Origin: Geosiphon pyriformis uo1
Lineage: Eukaryota; Fungi; Glomeromycota
Direction: 5' to 3'
DNA length: 64,000 bases
Assembly: GCA_016748015.1 (NCBI GenBank)
Contig: JAAOMT010000708.1
Span: forward strand, 310,001-374,000
Shown here: positions 24,279-36,632 of the stretch, piece after piece
Numbering within the stretch: position 1 is the first letter of the stretch
Layout: the number at the start of each line of letters is the position of its first letter
Translations under genes and position numbers: made by a program
The notes under the pieces: generated by a model
The model's database searches: none
The model's input: the letters and a program-made list of their open reading frames with translations, nothing else
Told to the model about the DNA's origin: nothing

Positions 24279-26123
24279 CTACATGGGATGATTTCGGGCC
24301 TCGGGACGCCAATTCGGGTTGGCTATCATGGGCTGTTGCTGGTAAGCTCCTTGATTTTGATACGTAGTGGGATATTGGCGTGGTATTGGCGTGTACTGGT
24401 TTCTGGGCATTTGGGGTGGCGCGTAGTAATTATTTTCGCGTGCTTCCTGCATCATTCGCGTTCGACATTGACTAATCAAATGTCCTACGCGTTTGTAAAA
24501 ATGGCAGGCGCATGTTTCTGTTCTGAATTCCTGGCGCGACGGGCGATTATTTTGACTGTCGCTGACTTCCTGGCTGCGTCTTTGGAGTGGTTGGTATGTA
24601 TTTTTTCTCGGATCCAGGATGAGGTAACTTTCTATTTTCTTAAAGAGTTCCTCCCCTAATCGCATTACTCTTTTCTCTAATGTTTCTGTCTTATTTTCCT
24701 CTATTACCATGTTAACCATTTGACTATGATTAGCTTCTTTCTCAGCCGATTCAAGAGCTCTGGCGAGCGTAACGGCTTCTGGTAAGGAATTAGGGTGGGC
24801 AGGGCGTACTCTTCCTAAAATGCTGCTTTTTAATCCTCTAATAAACTGATTTAAAACCTGAGGATCAGTGTAGTATCCTTGTTCAATTGCTTCAATCTGA
24901 CGGCAAATTCGATTGAATCGAACAAGGTATTGGGTGACAGTTTCACCGGTATTTTGCTTGATAGTATTGAATTCGTTCTGTAATTGGATTACGGCGTTTG
25001 GGTCACTAAAATACTCCAGGAGTGCATTTTTAAATTCGGCGAAGCTCATGGGTTTTGTTTCCAGGCTTTGATACCACGAGTCGGCTGTGCCTTTCAAGAA
25101 GAAAGATAATGTTTGAATTGCTCTTTGGTTGTTCCAGTTATTTGCCTGGATGGCTTTTTGTGCTTCTCTGAGCCATGTGTGCACGTCTGTTTCTTCTTCC
25201 TCTTCTGAGAAATCTGTTAGTCTTGCAATGTATGGTGTGGTTATTTCGTTGCTGTTTTCTGCTGGTGGGTTTATTGGTCTAAGAGAAGGTGGGATGATAT
25301 TTCCTTGAGCGTTCCTAAAGGTGGCTTCCCTTATATCCGGTTCTTCCTCTTGATCACGAGTTTCTTGGTTTCTGGACTGGCTGCTTGTTCCAGTGACTGG
25401 TCTTGTGATTGTTTTTTCGCTGGTCTCTTTTTCGGATTCTGATTCAGACTCCTCTTCCCGGTTTTCAAACCCCGTTCTAAATTTTGGCTGAAAAAAAGGG
25501 TTTTGGAATAGTGATGAATATCCTCCTGTAATTGGTATGTCTCCCCAGTTACGTTGTTTAATTTTATCAATATAACTAGGAGTTCTTGGCATTTGTGGAG
25601 TTGATGTTGATGATGATGCAGCTCCTAATGGAATTTGTATCTTATTTTCTGGTGAAAAATGGTATGATTTATCTTCTGGTGAATAAATACGTTGTTTCTT
25701 TATTGATTGAGTGACAGTTTTCTTTGGCGTTTGAGCTGGTGTTTCTAGTTTTTGCTGGTTACTTTCCTGATTAGTTTCTAAATTTTCTTTGGTTTTGTTG
25801 GCGCGTTCCCTAGTGTTTCCTGTGGATATTGGAAAATTTTCGTTGGCATATTGCTCAATTTCTCGATGGATTTTGACAATAGTTGCGGCTATTACTGCTA
25901 CTTCTTTTGTAGTGTATTGTGATAATTCTCTATACAATCCAAGTTTTGCTTCGTGTGGTTCTTCTTCCTTTCCTATATGATGATTTATTCTGGCATTGAT
26001 ATAATAAGTGAGAGCAGATTTTGCTGGACAACACCCTTCTGGTAATCCAAGATCACTTTGATTTTGTGTGTAAATAGCACGGCAGAATTCAAGAACAGTA
26101 AGATTAGGGGTTTTTGTCGCCAC
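24279..26123 (-). CDS. gag: Element G Gag (N-terminal extension, capsid, zinc knuckle)
   Basis: 614-aa ORF from GTG. Retrotransposon capsid motifs (FLKGTADSWY; IKQNTGETVTQY; QFIRGL) and degenerate knuckle CHFYKRVGHLISQC. Confidence 0.9.
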   Translation of the reverse strand: MATKTPNLTVLEFCRAIYTQNQSDLGLPEGCCPAKSALTYYINARINHHIGKEEEPHEAKLGLYRELSQYTTKEVAVIAATIVKIHREIEQYANENFPISTGNTRERANKTKENLETNQESNQQKLETPAQTPKKTVTQSIKKQRIYSPEDKSYHFSPENKIQIPLGAASSSTSTPQMPRTPSYIDKIKQRNWGDIPITGGYSSLFQNPFFQPKFRTGFENREEESESESEKETSEKTITRPVTGTSSQSRNQETRDQEEEPDIREATFRNAQGNIIPPSLRPINPPAENSNEITTPYIARLTDFSEEEEETDVHTWLREAQKAIQANNWNNQRAIQTLSFFLKGTADSWYQSLETKPMSFAEFKNALLEYFSDPNAVIQLQNEFNTIKQNTGETVTQYLVRFNRICRQIEAIEQGYYTDPQVLNQFIRGLKSSILGRVRPAHPNSLPEAVTLARALESAEKEANHSQMVNMVIEENKTETLEKRVMRLGEELFKKIESYLILDPRKNTYQPLQRRSQEVSDSQNNRPSRQEFRTETCACHFYKRVGHLISQCRTRMMQEARENNYYAPPQMPRNQYTPIPRQYPTTYQNQGAYQQQPMIANPNWRPEARNHPM

Positions 26124-26205
26124 TTTTGTCTTTTCCTTTTTAGCAATGAATTATTGCTAATTATTATTTCCTTTTTGATTTTCTTTCCTCGTAGGGTTCA
26201 CCAAA

Positions 26206-27059
26206 TGTTACGGGATGGTTTTCTTGTTATATTTAATTGCTGATATCCCACTTTAATTGCAATTAGTCTTTCGTGAATTCCTCAATTCTATTTGTGTGAT
26301 AATGTCACTGTTACACTGAAGGCTTACTGTTGCGATGTAAGTTATTCTTTAATTCTTGATTGTTGTGTGTGTTTATGTACTCCTTCTCAGAGGCTGAACT
26401 GAAATCTACCCACTGTCTGGGGTCTTTTCTGAGGCTATCCTTGCAATTGCCTGATGTGTTTTTCTAATCTAGAAACACAGAATGTTAATGGTCTTTAGTG
26501 CTTTTCTAATTTTCACAATAAAGCTTTTATCAATTAGTAACAATGTGAATAATCTTGATCAAGGATTATTCTTCCAAGAGTTTCAGTTGATGAATGATAG
26601 TTTCATTCAATAAATAATACAAGTAAGTTTCTTAATACTTTGGGTTGTGATAGTTCAGTTTTAAATATTTCTTTTTGATTTTTAATGGTTTCTTGGGATA
26701 TTTAATTTGAAAGTATGATTTAAAGTGGTGTTTGTTGGATAAAATTGGATCTATTGCTTGATAATTTATGATTTTTATTACTTGATTTTTTTTTATTTCC
26801 CAATATTAAAACTACTGTATATATACATGTTTGTAGTTCTACGAGAAAATACTTTCTTTTTGATATTTCAACCTGGTGTTTGCTGCTATCACCAGTTGGT
26901 GTTGGCTGCTATTGTGAACTGGTGCTTGCCACTATCGCGAGATGGTGTTTGCTACTATGTTAATCATTACCTTTCTAAGATTATTACTGTGCTATATTAT
27001 GATTGAATAGTTTGTATTATTTTTATGATTCTTTTTTTCTAAATTCTTAAACTGTAACA
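26206..27059 (-). repeat. 5' LTR of element G
   Basis: TGTTAC...GTAACA. Its first ~210 bp match 19875-20092. Homologous to solo LTR F. Confidence 0.95.
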
Positions 27060-27786
27060 TCGCCAAAATGTATCTTTAGTTTAGTGAAATTGTAGAAAAT
27101 AGCAAAGTTCAAGTTTATAGAATAGTGTTATGACAAGTTGTATAAAAGAAAAGCTTCTCTCTTCGAGAAAATGTATCTTACTTTAGATTTATCTCTTAAA
27201 ACCATTCCTATACACACAAAAAGAAATAAATATCAAATAATTCAAAAAACCAAATTCTTTAATTATTATACTTAGAAAAACCCCCAAAAACCCAACTAAC
27301 ATTTCGAAATTGATTAGCTACCAATTTCAATAAACTGTTAGTGATTCCAGGCCTGGATAGAAAACGTTTCTCTTGACAAAAATTTTATTTCTTTTATATT
27401 TCTTTTATTTTTCTTTTCTTTTCTTATTATAATTATTAGGGTAGCCTACAGACGAGATTTCTGTAGAAGAGTTGACTTTCACAGCAAAGTAACTATACAT
27501 TTTAGTGAGCTTCCAGACGAGCAATTCCTGGGAAAGAGTTGATGTTTACTACAACGTAACTACATAAAGTAACTGGCAAGGAAATGGCCATTCCACTTAT
27601 AAGCCCAGCAGTTCAAATTATAGGAAATAATTTGAAGATAAATTCAGTTACTGGAGGTTCAACCACATCCAGAAAACATGAATTCACAATAGACAGACAT
27701 CAATAACATTTAAGAAAAGAGACCAAAAACCTCCGGTAATATTTGGTGCTCTCTCACGGAAACAATACAGCAAAAACAACTTCGAA

Positions 27787-30700
27787 GTGGCAACCACACC
27801 AGACACAACAACTCTAGAGTATTACCAATCAATTTACACCCACTGCAAGCAAAGATTCAACATTCCAGACAGAATTGAAGTTGTCAAGAAATCAGTATAC
27901 CAATACATTGAAAACCGTATCAACAATTATCTTTTTGGAAATTACAATATCTCAGAAGTTAGAAACAACTTTTACAATAATTTAGCACACTATTCACAGT
28001 TGGAAACTAAAGACCTTAATAGTGAAACACTTGCCACTTACTTTCACAAACTTAATTTTAACATTATCAAATACTGTGAAGAAACATATCCAGTGCAGTC
28101 TCAATACACTATTGATTTTGAATTGAAAACAGAAACAAGCAACAAAGGCAAAAACAAATTAAAGCAATATTCAAGAACCACCCCAAATACTCTAACACTA
28201 CCAAAAACAACTGCCAAACATTTACAAACACCTAAACAGGGAACCAGTTCAAAACTTCTACTTACTATCACACTTTTTCCAGCTTTACTTGCACAAGCAC
28301 AAACATCTAATTCACCCTTGAATTGATTTACAAGACCAGAAGATTTTACATCACTCAGAAGTCCCACCAGACAACAAAAACCCCTTCAAACTAGTTCCAA
28401 TCTTCTTGATTTTCTAGCTGAAAATCAAAGTGAACACTCTGAGACAGCAGCAAATGAAGAAAACAATTCCAAAATAACTGAAAAAGAATCAATAGACAGT
28501 GAAAACGAAGAAGACGAAATGACAACATACATTGCAAAAATTCCTGAATTCAATGGAGAAGATATTGAGACCAGTCCCCAAGAATGGCTCGACCAAGTTA
28601 CTAAAGCTGGAGATGCAAATGGATGGAATGCTGCCAAAATGTTAAGAACAATATCCTACTTTCTTAAAGAAACAGTAGGAGAATGGTTTGAAAACCTTGC
28701 TGTCCCATTCAATGATTGGAATGCTTTCAAAGCAGCCTTCCTTAAACAGTTCACTGACAATAATACCTCCATCACTCTTCACAATTATTTTCGAAATATC
28801 AAACAAGAACTCTCCGAATTTATTATAACTTATATTGGGAAATTCAACAAACTTCTCAGACGGATTCGCCAACTCGAAACAAACAATTATTATTCTGATG
28901 CTTAAATCTTGGATCAATTTATCACTGGTTTAAAAGATAAACTAATTAAAAAGGTTTGCCCACATGTGCCAGAAGATTTAAACTTTGCCATACAGCATGG
29001 GAAAAGATACGAAATGGCCATGGAAGAAGCCAATCATACAAAACTTGTAAATTTGGCAATTGGAGAAACCAGCTCAGCAGCTGAGAAAAAAATTGACCAA
29101 CTCACAAAAAAGGTCAAAAACTATTTTACCAACCAACAACAACAACAACCCCAAAGATATCAACCACCTCAAAGACGAAATCAAAATAACTTTGCACCAC
29201 TTTCCAACAACCAGCCCCAGAATTGCCATTACTGTGAAATTTCTGGCTACTGGAAAAGAGATTGCAGAAAGCTGCAACGAGACCAACAAAATAGAGGTAA
29301 TCAACGTTACTCTCCACCACAGCAATCTTATTATCAACCATCACCACCAGCTTACTATCCACCAAGACCCCAATACCAAAATAACTATTATCAGTCCACC
29401 CCACAACCAATCTAATAGCAATACCAACAACCACCCACCCAACATTATCAAGTACCTGCTCAAAGACTGATTACACAAAATCAATTTACACCACAAAACC
29501 AATACCAAGTAAACAACAATAGAATCAGTTCGAACAACCAATTGGTTCCCCGAAATACCACTCAAACAAGACCCAACCATTACCACACTCAACCCAGTTA
29601 TTTAACAATGCCAGAAGAACAGGATTTTCACCATACTGCACTCTTGGAAGGTAGAGCTGCAGCACAACAACAATGAAACCCTTCTCATAACCACACCACT
29701 ATTCCACCAGCCCGAATTGCTAAAAATGCCAATCTCTCTGATATCTTTCCTTTTGAATTTGAAGCAAATGAATCACCATTCTTGCTTAGCAATGCAGCGG
29801 CTAATGAGCAAAAAGCTGTCACTGCAATGTACACAGAAGCTGAAGTAGAAGGAAAGCCAATTTGCTTGATTCTAGACAGTGGATCTGCTGGAAGCATTAT
29901 TATCTACCAGTTAATACAACAGTTGAAAAGAAATGTCGACCGACCAGCTCAAACAGTAATCGTCACTACTGATGGCATGAAAAAGACCCCAGTAGAAGAA
30001 ATTGACAATTTTTTATTCACTCTTGATAGAATCACCATTCCAGTTAAAGTTCTTGTAATGGACGCACTCCAGTATCAAGCTCTCATCAGAAATAATTGGC
30101 TTCAAGAAGCCAATGCTAATCTGAATTGGGAAACACAAGAGTTAACAATCTCCTACCAAGGACAACACACCTGGGTACCTGCCATTTGTGGTACATTCAA
30201 CAAACGCTCTGAAAAAGCCCCAGCTTTTGAATTTGAACCGGAAGAAGAAAAACCAATAATCGAAACATTCATGGTTCTTGAATCAATGTCCAACTGGGCC
30301 AATGAAACAGAACAAGAACATTTCACTTTACACACTAAACCCAAAACCTCTGGATAGAATATACCTTACTCAAAACCCGAACCAAGAAAACAACGCCCCT
30401 ATATTCCCCTTAAATGTAAAGACTGTCACAAGAAACTATCATCAATGGGAGCCTGCATTTCGCCTGAAGAAGAATATGAAAATCATACTTGTTATTACTG
30501 CAAGGCTTGCCACAGAGAGTAATGGGGCCATCTAATAAAAAAAAGCAGAAAATGGGACAACACCTCTTGTTTGACTTGTGAAGAGATGCTACCAGAAGAA
30601 TGCAATTAGATTGATGTAGCAATGAGAGGAGACGTCTGTGATCAGACCTGCCAATATGCTTTATCAATTTCAGAAAAAGTAAAAAAAGGAACACCCTTTA

Positions 30701-33408
30701 ATGCAGCATACAATAGTGCTCTCAACAAACTTTATCACTACTCTCATGATGCCAAGATGATTTTTGACTTAGCAATGACATTAATTAATGGAGCTACCAA
30801 AGGAGATGTTCGTCAAATGAAGGAAGCAAAATACATTGAATACACTATGGAATTAGCTGAATTTGATTACAAAGATGAAGTAGAAGTCTACCACCAAATT
30901 GCAAGTCACACCTACCCGATCCAAGAAGCTCAAATTCAACGATTAGAGCAAATAAACATTAGGCTATATGAAGAATGCATTATGCCTTGCAATGAACAAT
31001 GGTGTTCTGAATGCTATGCTCTTAGTATCCCCTTGCCCAGCGAAAATGATGAGAATGAAATTGAATTCGGAGAACCTGAAGAAACGAAAGAAATTGAAAC
31101 AACACCCATCTACCTTATCGAAAATCAGCCTGCCTTACAACTTAAATACTTCAACAACAACGGACAAGGAATAAAACCCAAAAAAGCACACGAAATTGAT
31201 GCTGAATATGACCTAAAATATCCAGGCAAGGATACTTTTGTTCTCAAACCCAAATCTTTCACAAAAATCAATCTCAAAATTGCACTTGAAATTCTGCCAG
31301 GAGCAATAGTTCAAATCGCCTCCTGGTCCTCTCTGGCAAGCAAAGGAATCAATGTCAGAAGAGGAATAATTGATGCTGGATATACTGGAGACATAACAGT
31401 GATGCTTCAAAATGAAACTGACAAACCATTCAAGATCAAACATGCTGAAAAAATTGCCCAAGCTATTTACCTACTCTTAATCAACATTTCAGGTTTGCAA
31501 CTAGTCAATCAAAGAGAACAATTAGGAAAAAGTGATAGAGGAACCCAAGGTTTTGGTTCAACTGAACGATTCACAGTTCCAGTTAATATAGCTCTTAACA
31601 CACAGAATGAATCCCATCAGATTCTCAGACTTCCACAACCAATTACTATCTTACCCTTTGGAGAACATCCGGAAATCTACACCTGCCCAAAGTCAACAAC
31701 CACACAACAAATTTTTGAGTCCAATGAACAAGTCTGCTTGGAACATAATATTTCAATCCCAAATATTTATATTCCAGAAGGAACAAAAAAAGTCCGAGTT
31801 ACTTTTTACAACCCCAATAATTACCCCATAATCTTATTAAATAATTTAGAAATTGGAGTTATTTACAGTAATATATTTCAACAAAAATTATCCCAAATAG
31901 TTTCCGATTTCTCTGAAATTATTGGACATTCAATACCAAAAACCAACCCAAACCCCAGCTCCGAAAACTACCATGTTGTCATGAAAAAACTATCTCAAAT
32001 CAACATGGGACAACTTGAACCACAACAACAGACCCAGCTCAAAGAGCTAATTGCAGAATTTGCTGACATCTTCGCCAAAAACAACAATGACTTAGGAAGA
32101 ACTGATTTGGTTCAACACTAAATCTATACAGGAGATGCCAAACCAAGGTGACAACAAGCCTACCGAGTTGCCCCAGAAAGTCACCAATTTATCCAAGAAG
32201 AAGTATAACGGATGCTTAACAATGGGCTTATTCAACCATCAATGAGCCCATGGGCCTTACCTGTGGTCCTAGTTAAAAAGAAAAATAGAAAGATACGATT
32301 TTGTGTTGATTACTGACAACTCAACAATGTCACCATTGGGAATGCCTACCCTCTTCCCCAAATTGATGACATGTTGGATGTCCTTGGAAAGTCCAAATAC
32401 TTTTCAACATTAGATTTAGAGAGTGAATACTGGCAAGTTGCTATGGATTCCAAAGACTGCCCCAAAACAGCATTCACCACTCAAGAAGGAAATTACGAGT
32501 TCAATGTAATGCCTTTTGGATTATGCAATACACCAGCAACATTCTAAAGACTCATGGATGTTGTTTATAAAGGCCTCCTTTGGAAATCAGTAGTAGTTTA
32601 TCTCGATGACACTGATGTTTATTCACCATCTTTCGAGCTACATTTAATCCACCTGTGAGAAGTTTTTTAACAATTACGGAAAGCAGGATTGAAACTGAAC
32701 ATTGAAAAATGCTACTTCGGAAAAACAAGTTTAGCTTTTCTTGGTCACATTGTTAGCAAAGATGGAATTAAACCAGACCTCAGAAAAATCAGTACTGTCA
32801 AGAACTTCAAGACTCCACAAAATACCACAGAATTAAAAGGATTTATTAGATTAGCATCCTATTACTGAAAATTCATTAAAGGATTCTCAGAAATTGCAAA
32901 ACCCCTCAACCAGCTCACTACTAAAAATGTCGAATACAAATAGACAAAAGAACACCAAAATGCTTTCAAAATACTTAAGAAAAAACTCACAACAGCTCCA
33001 ATCCTCGCCTACCCAGATTTTAGCAACCGATTTTGGTTAGCAACTGATGCCTCTTATACTGCCTTTGGTGCCATCCTATCATAGTTAGATAACAATAGAA
33101 ATGAGCGAGTAATTGCTTATGCTAGTAGAACATTAAAGCCAGCCAAAAAGAACTACCCCACAACAGAATTAGAAACTGCAGCAGTAATCTGGGCCCTACA
33201 TCACTTCAACTTTTACCTCAGACCCAAAAAATTCGATATTATTATTGATAATATTGGACTTAAATGGCTTCAAAACAAAAACACCCAGCTGAACGCAAAA
33301 CAAATCCGATGGACAGGATTTTTAGCTAATTACCAATACATCGTACACCACAAACCAGGAAAACTCCACACCAACGTTGATTGTCTCTCAAGAATGAGGC
33401 AAGATTAG
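27787..33408 (+). pseudogene. Element D gag-protease-Cys-dUTPase-RT-RNaseH polyprotein (nonsense-interrupted)
   Basis: ORFs 27787, 28519, 28909, 29782 and 30622 share one frame. Motifs LILDSGSAGS, GIIDAGYTG/RGTQGFGST, YLDD at ~32540; ends DCLSRMRQD*. Confidence 0.92.
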
Positions 33409-33457
33409 AAAACAAAACCAACATCCATTTGAATTAACAGCATCAAAACAACAAACA

Positions 33458-34843
33458 ATGAATCCTGAAAACTACAACAATCTCAAACAATATTTGGAGA
33501 CATTAACAATCCCAACAGATTGGTTCTCAGACAAAAAACATTGGTTACAACAACAAACCAAACAATATTTTCTACACAACAACATTATCTATCATCGAAA
33601 TTTCAAAAACCCAACCAAACCACTCAAATTAATACAAAAACAGGAAAAAGAGACCATTTTATACAATATGCACTCAGATCCTTCATCAGCACACTTCGGA
33701 AAAGATAGCACCACCCAAAGAACACTAGAATACTACTTTTGGCCTCGAATGAGAAAAGACATTTATGAATATGTCGAATCTTGTGATAGTTATCAAAAAA
33801 GAGGAGGAACTCGCCCTACAAAACCTTTAAATCTAATCAAAGTTGAACAGCCTTTTGACAGAGTTGGTATCAATTTAGTCGGACCACTATCTATCACCAC
33901 TCAAGAAAACCATTATATTGCAGTAGCTGTAGACTATTTTACTAAATGGCCTGAAGCCAGAGCCATTCAATGAGCAGATGCAAAATCAGTAGCAAATTTC
34001 ATTTACGAAGACATCATTTATAGACATGGATGTCCAATTGAACTTTTATCTGATCAGAGAACACACTTTGTGAACAACCTGATACAAGAAATTTGTGAAC
34101 AATTCAGTGTCAAAAGACCTCTGTCTTTGCCCTACTATCCACAAACAAACAGACTTGTGGAACGTTTTAACAGAACATTGTGTGAGTCATTAACCAAAGT
34201 CTCAACCGATTTTGGGCAAGAATGAGATCTCTTTATTCCATCAGTGTTACTAGCATATAGGACATTAAAACAAGATACCATGAAACACACACCATTTGAT
34301 TTAACTTATGGAAGGACAGCAACGTTACCAATTAGTTTTACAGTAGAAACATACTCAGCACAACTGATTGATGAAAACAATTTCCAAGAAACACTTCAGC
34401 GAAGAGCCTACACTCTGCTTAGCACATTGGAAGGAAAACGACAAATAGCAGCCATCCATATTGAACACTCCCAAGCTCAACAAAAAGAATGGCATGATGA
34501 CAAATTGCCTTCAGTCACCAATAAATTCAAAATTGGAAACAAAGTTTTCTTACACAGAACTAAAGCTGAAAAACAATGAAGTGGAAAATTTGAAAATAAA
34601 TAGAATGGACCATTCTTTATCCATAAAGTCTTAGGCAATGGATCATACAAGCTAAGACTTGATGACAAAATCCTAGCAAAAGTTGCATATGGAGATTGTT
34701 TGAAACACTATCATTCCAGAAACAATCCTGAACCATTAATTCCACAAATTGGTACACATTCTCCTTTGATCAGTTCCGAAGATATTCCCCGAAACTTAAA
34801 ACCAATAGTTGTCATTGAACAACCTTTCAACCTAAACACTTAA
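33458..34843 (+). pseudogene. Element D stand-alone integrase
   Basis: ATG at 33458. HHCC, DDE core and GPF/SH3-like C-terminal module; no chromodomain seen. Confidence 0.9.
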
Positions 34844-34958
34844 TTTAATTTTACTAGTTATTCTCTTATAATTTAGAACAATCTCACAAAAACAAAACAA
34901 AAATAACATAAAAACCCATAAACCAAAAATAAAATTTTTTTTTTTTCAAGTGCTTATA

Positions 34959-35678
34959 ATGACTATTTCTCAAAACATTCAACAATTATCCCAAAAACTA
35001 ATGTTAGCTTTAAAAACAATACCTGAATTATCCATTACTATTACTGGAAACCACATAAATTATACTCAAACAGAAGTAGTTACAAATTTAGCCCCAAATT
35101 TACGAAAATATCACCCATATAAAAAGAACACAAGAAGTTATACTGGAATTTACCTGCCAGAACTTTTAAAGCTTGCTTTAAGAGAAAACCTAATGCTCAC
35201 TCCGATTAGTATCCCACCAAATACTACAAGTCAACAAAAACTTCAACTGTGTCTCAATGAGGAAAACACTGAATATTCTCCAATCTATAGATATTTTCAC
35301 ATTGGAAAAACACTCTACGAACGGAAACTGGAACTTACAACAGCAAACCTCACAAAAAAAGCTATTCAGAAACAACTCCACAACAAATTCAAGACAACAG
35401 CTGAATCAACAAACAGTCACTATAGGCTTAGAGCTGCTCTTAGACTTTATGACTTATTCCACACCTGTAAAAACGTACTACAAAACCCAATTTTTCAACC
35501 TTTGAAGATTCAATACATTGGAAAGCTTACAGAACTGAAATTTCAACAATTTTCAGACCAAATTTCTTCAATAATTTTGGATTATTATCTGGAAATAACA
35601 GACAGTACTTGGACTTCAATGGAGCTCAGTCTTGAGGAGGAGGTTATGTTACCAGACAAAATTAGAGATATCATTTAG
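34959..35678 (+). CDS. Element D accessory ORF3 (unknown function), intact, runs through the PPT into the 3' LTR
   Basis: Uninterrupted ~239-codon ORF. Decayed homologues sit at the same position in A, B, C, E, J and K. Confidence 0.75.
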   Translation: MTISQNIQQLSQKLMLALKTIPELSITITGNHINYTQTEVVTNLAPNLRKYHPYKKNTRSYTGIYLPELLKLALRENLMLTPISIPPNTTSQQKLQLCLNEENTEYSPIYRYFHIGKTLYERKLELTTANLTKKAIQKQLHNKFKTTAESTNSHYRLRAALRLYDLFHTCKNVLQNPIFQPLKIQYIGKLTELKFQQFSDQISSIILDYYLEITDSTWTSMELSLEEEVMLPDKIRDII

Positions 35679-36628
35679 CATGAAACTATCTCATAATTCC
35701 TATCATTAATTAGCATATATTATCATTTCAAATTATCACTTATTACATTAGCAAAGAATATCCAAAATTATCATTTAATTAATAACCCAAATTGTACACA
35801 ACACAAATGTAACCTAATTGCGATGATCAATCATGCAATACCCCGAACTATGTAACATTCAAAAGTTTGCCGAAATTTATAGAAATTTGCCAAAATAATT
35901 GATAGTTCACCAAAATATCTAATAGTTCACAGAAATAACTTGTAGTTTGCCGAAATGTATCTTTAGTTCAGCGAAATTGTAGAAAATAGTAAAGTTCAAG
36001 TTCATAGAATAGTGTTATAACAAGTTGTATAAAAGAAGAGCTTCTTTTTTCGAGAAAATGTATCTTACTTTAGATTTATCTCTTAAAACCATTCCTATAT
36101 ACACAAAAAGAAATAAATATCAAATAATTCAAAAAACCAAATTTTTTAATTATTGTACTTGGAAAAACCCCCAAAAACCCAATTAACATTTTGAAATTGA
36201 TTAGTTACCAATTTCAATAAACTATTAGTGACTCCAGGCCTGGATAGAAAACGTTTCTCTTGACAAAAATTTTATTTCTTTTATATTTCTTTTATTTTTC
36301 TTTTCTTTTCTTATTACAATCATTAGGGTAGCCTACAGACGAGATTCCTGTAGAAAAGTTGACTTTCACAGCAAAGTAACTATACATTTTAGTGAGCTTC
36401 CAAATGAGCAATTCCTGGGAAAGAGTTGACGTTTACTACAATGTAACTACATAAAGTAACTGGCAAGAAATTGGCCATTTCACTTATAAGCCCAGCAGTT
36501 CAAATTATAGGAGATAATTTGAAGATAAATTCAGTTACTGAAGGTTCAACTACATCCAGAAAACGTGAATTCACAACAGACAGGCATCAACAACATTTAA
36601 GAAAAGAGACCAAAAACCTCCGGTAACA
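35647..36628 (+). repeat. 3' LTR of element D
   Basis: TGTTACC...GGTAACA, direct repeat of 19571-19874 plus 27064-27741. Confidence 0.95.
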
Positions 36629-36632
36629 CTGG

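Larger units (their letters stand above)
19875..27059 (-). mobile_element. Element G: youngest Ty3/Gypsy element, inserted in the 5' LTR of D; contains two assembly gaps
   Basis: Perfect TSD TCGC (19871-19874 and 27060-27063), 5' LTR 26206-27059, 3' LTR fragment 19875-20092, PBS (minus strand) TGGTGAACCCTACGAGG, long ORFs, CpG still abundant. Confidence 0.95.
19571..36628 (+). mobile_element. Element D: full-length Ty3/Gypsy element inserted in B just after dUTPase
   Basis: 5' LTR 19571-27741 (split by G), 3' LTR 35647-36628, flanks CCAG/CTGG (ancestral CCGG), PBS TGGTGCTCTCTCACGG at 27744, PPT GAGGAGGAGG at 35634-35643. Confidence 0.95.

Noticed and set aside
24279-24281. In-frame TAG between gag and protease of G as programmed readthrough
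   Set aside because: It lies in a Gln-rich tract where CAG>TAG is the dominant mutation type, and the other families have no stop at a conserved equivalent position.
24195-24659. Antisense and alternate-frame ORFs (e.g. 24195-24659, 17774-18214, 16859-17122, 29060-29470)
   Set aside because: These are shadows of Gln/Pro/Asn-rich or biased coding sequence, with no motifs and no conservation between families.
27449-27470. CAGACGAG...GAA as a hammerhead ribozyme core
   Set aside because: The core needs CUGAnGA plus stem II and GAAA. Position 4 is A in all legible copies and no proper stem II/GAAA follows.
34690-34843. Chromodomain at the integrase C-terminus
   Set aside because: Only ~45 aa follow the GPF/SH3-like module, with no aromatic-cage or Y.VKW motif.
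34950-35678. ORF3 as an envelope gene
   Set aside because: No signal peptide, transmembrane helix or furin-type site is visible, and it is short.
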